A stretch of DNA of 55,604 nt, filler included, from Catajapyx aquilonaris (taxonomy: Eukaryota): NCBI GenBank assembly GCA_000934665.2. It is 2 parts of 2 records of this genome, joined end to end, with 100 filler letters (N's around TTAATTAATTAA, not from the genome) between each part and the next. Parts side by side here need not be neighbours in the genome. Positions count along the whole stretch, not along the records: positions 27,763 to 55,604 come from KZ539270.1; 1 more part is not named here. The stretch is one strand, 5' to 3'. Within the stretch, counting starts at the first letter, position 1, and every line of letters begins with the position of its first letter. Under the pieces are notes generated by a model, which was given only the letters and a program-made list of their open reading frames with translations, did no database searches and was not told where the DNA came from. The position numbers and the translations under genes were made by a program. This document shows positions 53,466-55,604 of the stretch, one piece after another.

Positions 53466-55323
53466 AGAAATATTTACTTATTGCAACGAAATTAAAATTA
53501 AATCACTTTGACAGCAAAATACTGTACAAGATAAATCGACCTAATTCGATTTACTTTTGCAAATACAGTGTGCGTGCAGGCAAGTAACCCTTGCACAAAA
53601 CGCCGTAACACGGACCTATTATTGCGGGCTATCATGCGTCAAATTGCATTCTTGTTCACATTTCACACCAACAGAGCCCACTGGTGCAGAACAAATTCAC
53701 TAGCTGTTGTATACTGGAAAAAAGAGGCAATAACCCGGAAAGATCTAATCAAAAGGCGATGAAGCTGTACCACCACAGGTATCACCCTACATGGCAGGAA
53801 ATTCTCATAAAAAATGGGTCTGCCAATTTCTTAACTTAGTTGAAGAAAACTAGTAATGACTTGCCAAAATTGATATCGCAGAAAAACATCTACTAATCGT
53901 TTTACGTCCGTTTCAGACACACCGATCCATCAATCCAGGGAGTGGTGATGTCAGCTTCGCACGGTACAATATACTGGGGAGGTACCCTAAAAATACATTA
54001 AAAATATTTTTGTCGTTCCTTAGCTTTTGCATCTCACCAGTTTATTTCGCCCGTTATAGTCCTCGCGGTTGCGAAAAGCTAGCGGAATCCTCACCAATTT
54101 GTAGACAAAATAACAACTATTAAGCCTTTCCGCAAACGGCGCAAATGTTGTAAACCGCATTAACTCACTCGTCAGCCTTTGTTTCTCCGGATCCCTTGCA
54201 GAATACATGACCCCAGCTATGTCAGCAACATTTTCGCCAAACAAAAACTGTCTATGATTCATACCCAGAGTCATAAAAAACACAATTGCTACTGACCAAG
54301 CGCGTAACTTTACAACATGCTTCTCATAGTCATATAAATGCATGTATGGCCCGCCTGCTGATATGCTCTATCCAAGGCTGTTGCTGACATAAATCTCGTT
54401 TGATTTGTGCTGCAATAGTTCGGAGCAACGATGCGAACAGGACCCTGATACCCCCCTCCCAAAAAAGGGGGGAACGTGGGAAGACTATAGGTATCCTAGA
54501 AAAACTATTGAAGCTTCTGGAGCAACCCAACCGCCATATCGATTGATGGCAGCACGTTCCCATATTTTTTTCTATGTTTTTATAGGTGTGCTGGTGGGTC
54601 ATTGGACCAAAGATGATCCTCCGCTTTAAATAACTCGGGTCACAAAAAAATTGGCGCCAAATTTTTGTGTTTTGACAATAAAGCACTCCGAGGTTTTAGT
54701 ATGGTATATAAACAGTTGGCTTTTGTGCGCCTTGGTTCAATTTGTCGAAAAACCAGACCCGGTCATAAAAATGTGTGTATCCTCCAGCTCTTAGGTTGCC
54801 TCATATCCCAGCCCGAAATGAAGTGTACGAGAACATTACCTCAGACTCCAAAACTTTAAATTGCACTACGCTGGTGCCCTCTTTTTATATATATAAAAGT
54901 GATGCATGCGCCAGATTTTTTTTAAACCGCATATCATACCCTATGGCCTATGCTGGACACTTTTTGTTGAAAAAAATAGGTTGGGTGCCAGGGTGAGTGA
55001 ATACCGACTGTCAATGTGAACATCCATTCAGGCAGGGGATAATGGCCGAGCTGACACCCGAATGGGCCATAGCGTACGAGATAGGGTAATAAATATGGAC
55101 CTGACCCGAGCATGGGGTTATCGGGTCTCATTTGTACCTGCTAACATAGGAACTGGGTCGAGCGAGGTTGCAAAAATCATGGTTTTTAAGTCAGCAAGAG
55201 TTAAATCATTATTAAAGCCTGATATGTTTATTTTTCTATTTGTTTCTACATAATTCGGCGATAGGCCCGCCATCTTAGGCCTCTACTGTCGCCTCTACTG
55301 GGCGCGGCCATATTGCTCCTCCT

Positions 55324-55480
55324 AGTTTGAAGCGCCCTAGCGGCGAATGGGGCTAAACATATTAGGTTAGGTTAGGTTAGGTTAGGTTAGGTTAAGGTTA
55401 GATTAGGTTAGGTTAGGTTAGTTTAACCCCATTCGCCGCTAGAGCCACTAGGGCCATTCGCCGCGAGGGCGCTTCAGATT
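55324..55480. mobile_element. TIR element wrapping an interstitial (TTAGG)n tract of about 11-12 units
   Basis: tgaagcgccctagcggcgaatgg (55328-55350) pairs with ccattcgccgcgagggcgcttca (55454-55476); a second inner arm gtttaaccccattcgccgctag (55421-55442); TTAGG tract 55362-55421. Confidence 0.8.
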
Positions 55481-55604
55481 CGTTACGTTTGTTAGCAACA
55501 TATACGGAATTTATTTATATATTTTTAACTTACCATTTACCAACATACACTTTGGACCAACGCCTTTATTTACAGCTTCCTTTATCACCCATTTGTAGCT
55601 CCTA

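Overview
Eukaryotic genomic DNA, almost certainly arthropod: spliceosomal GT-AG introns often 52-65 nt long, an insect-type gustatory receptor and (TTAGG)n tracts. Four multi-exon genes can be built by hand with consistent splice phases. They are a Ca2+/calmodulin-dependent protein kinase kinase (+, about 3250-9013, 9 coding exons), a type-B carboxylesterase with signal peptide and C-terminal KEEL (-, 14202-11834, 10 exons), a gustatory receptor (+, 21990-23409, 4 exons) and an SLC16/monocarboxylate-transporter-like MFS protein (-, 47613-31508, 6 coding exons, 12-kb first coding intron). An artificial 100-bp spacer (N44-TTAATTAATTAA-N44) at 27663-27762 means the two halves may not be truly adjacent. 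Introns and intergenic DNA carry many MITE-like elements, minisatellites, tRNA-derived fragments, a Deu/Nin-domain SINE relic and a LINE RT fragment. The strongest lead for something undescribed is a decayed minus-strand reading frame at 15035-16216 that looks by eye like a parvovirus-type SF3 helicase. It has an HUH-like relic upstream (21204-21641) and a CRE x3 plus heat-shock-element module downstream that sits in the carboxylesterase promoter. Other leads are a possible dual-frame exon in CaMKK and an intronic array of DRE/BEAF motifs. These leads are hypotheses from manual reading, and no database search was run.
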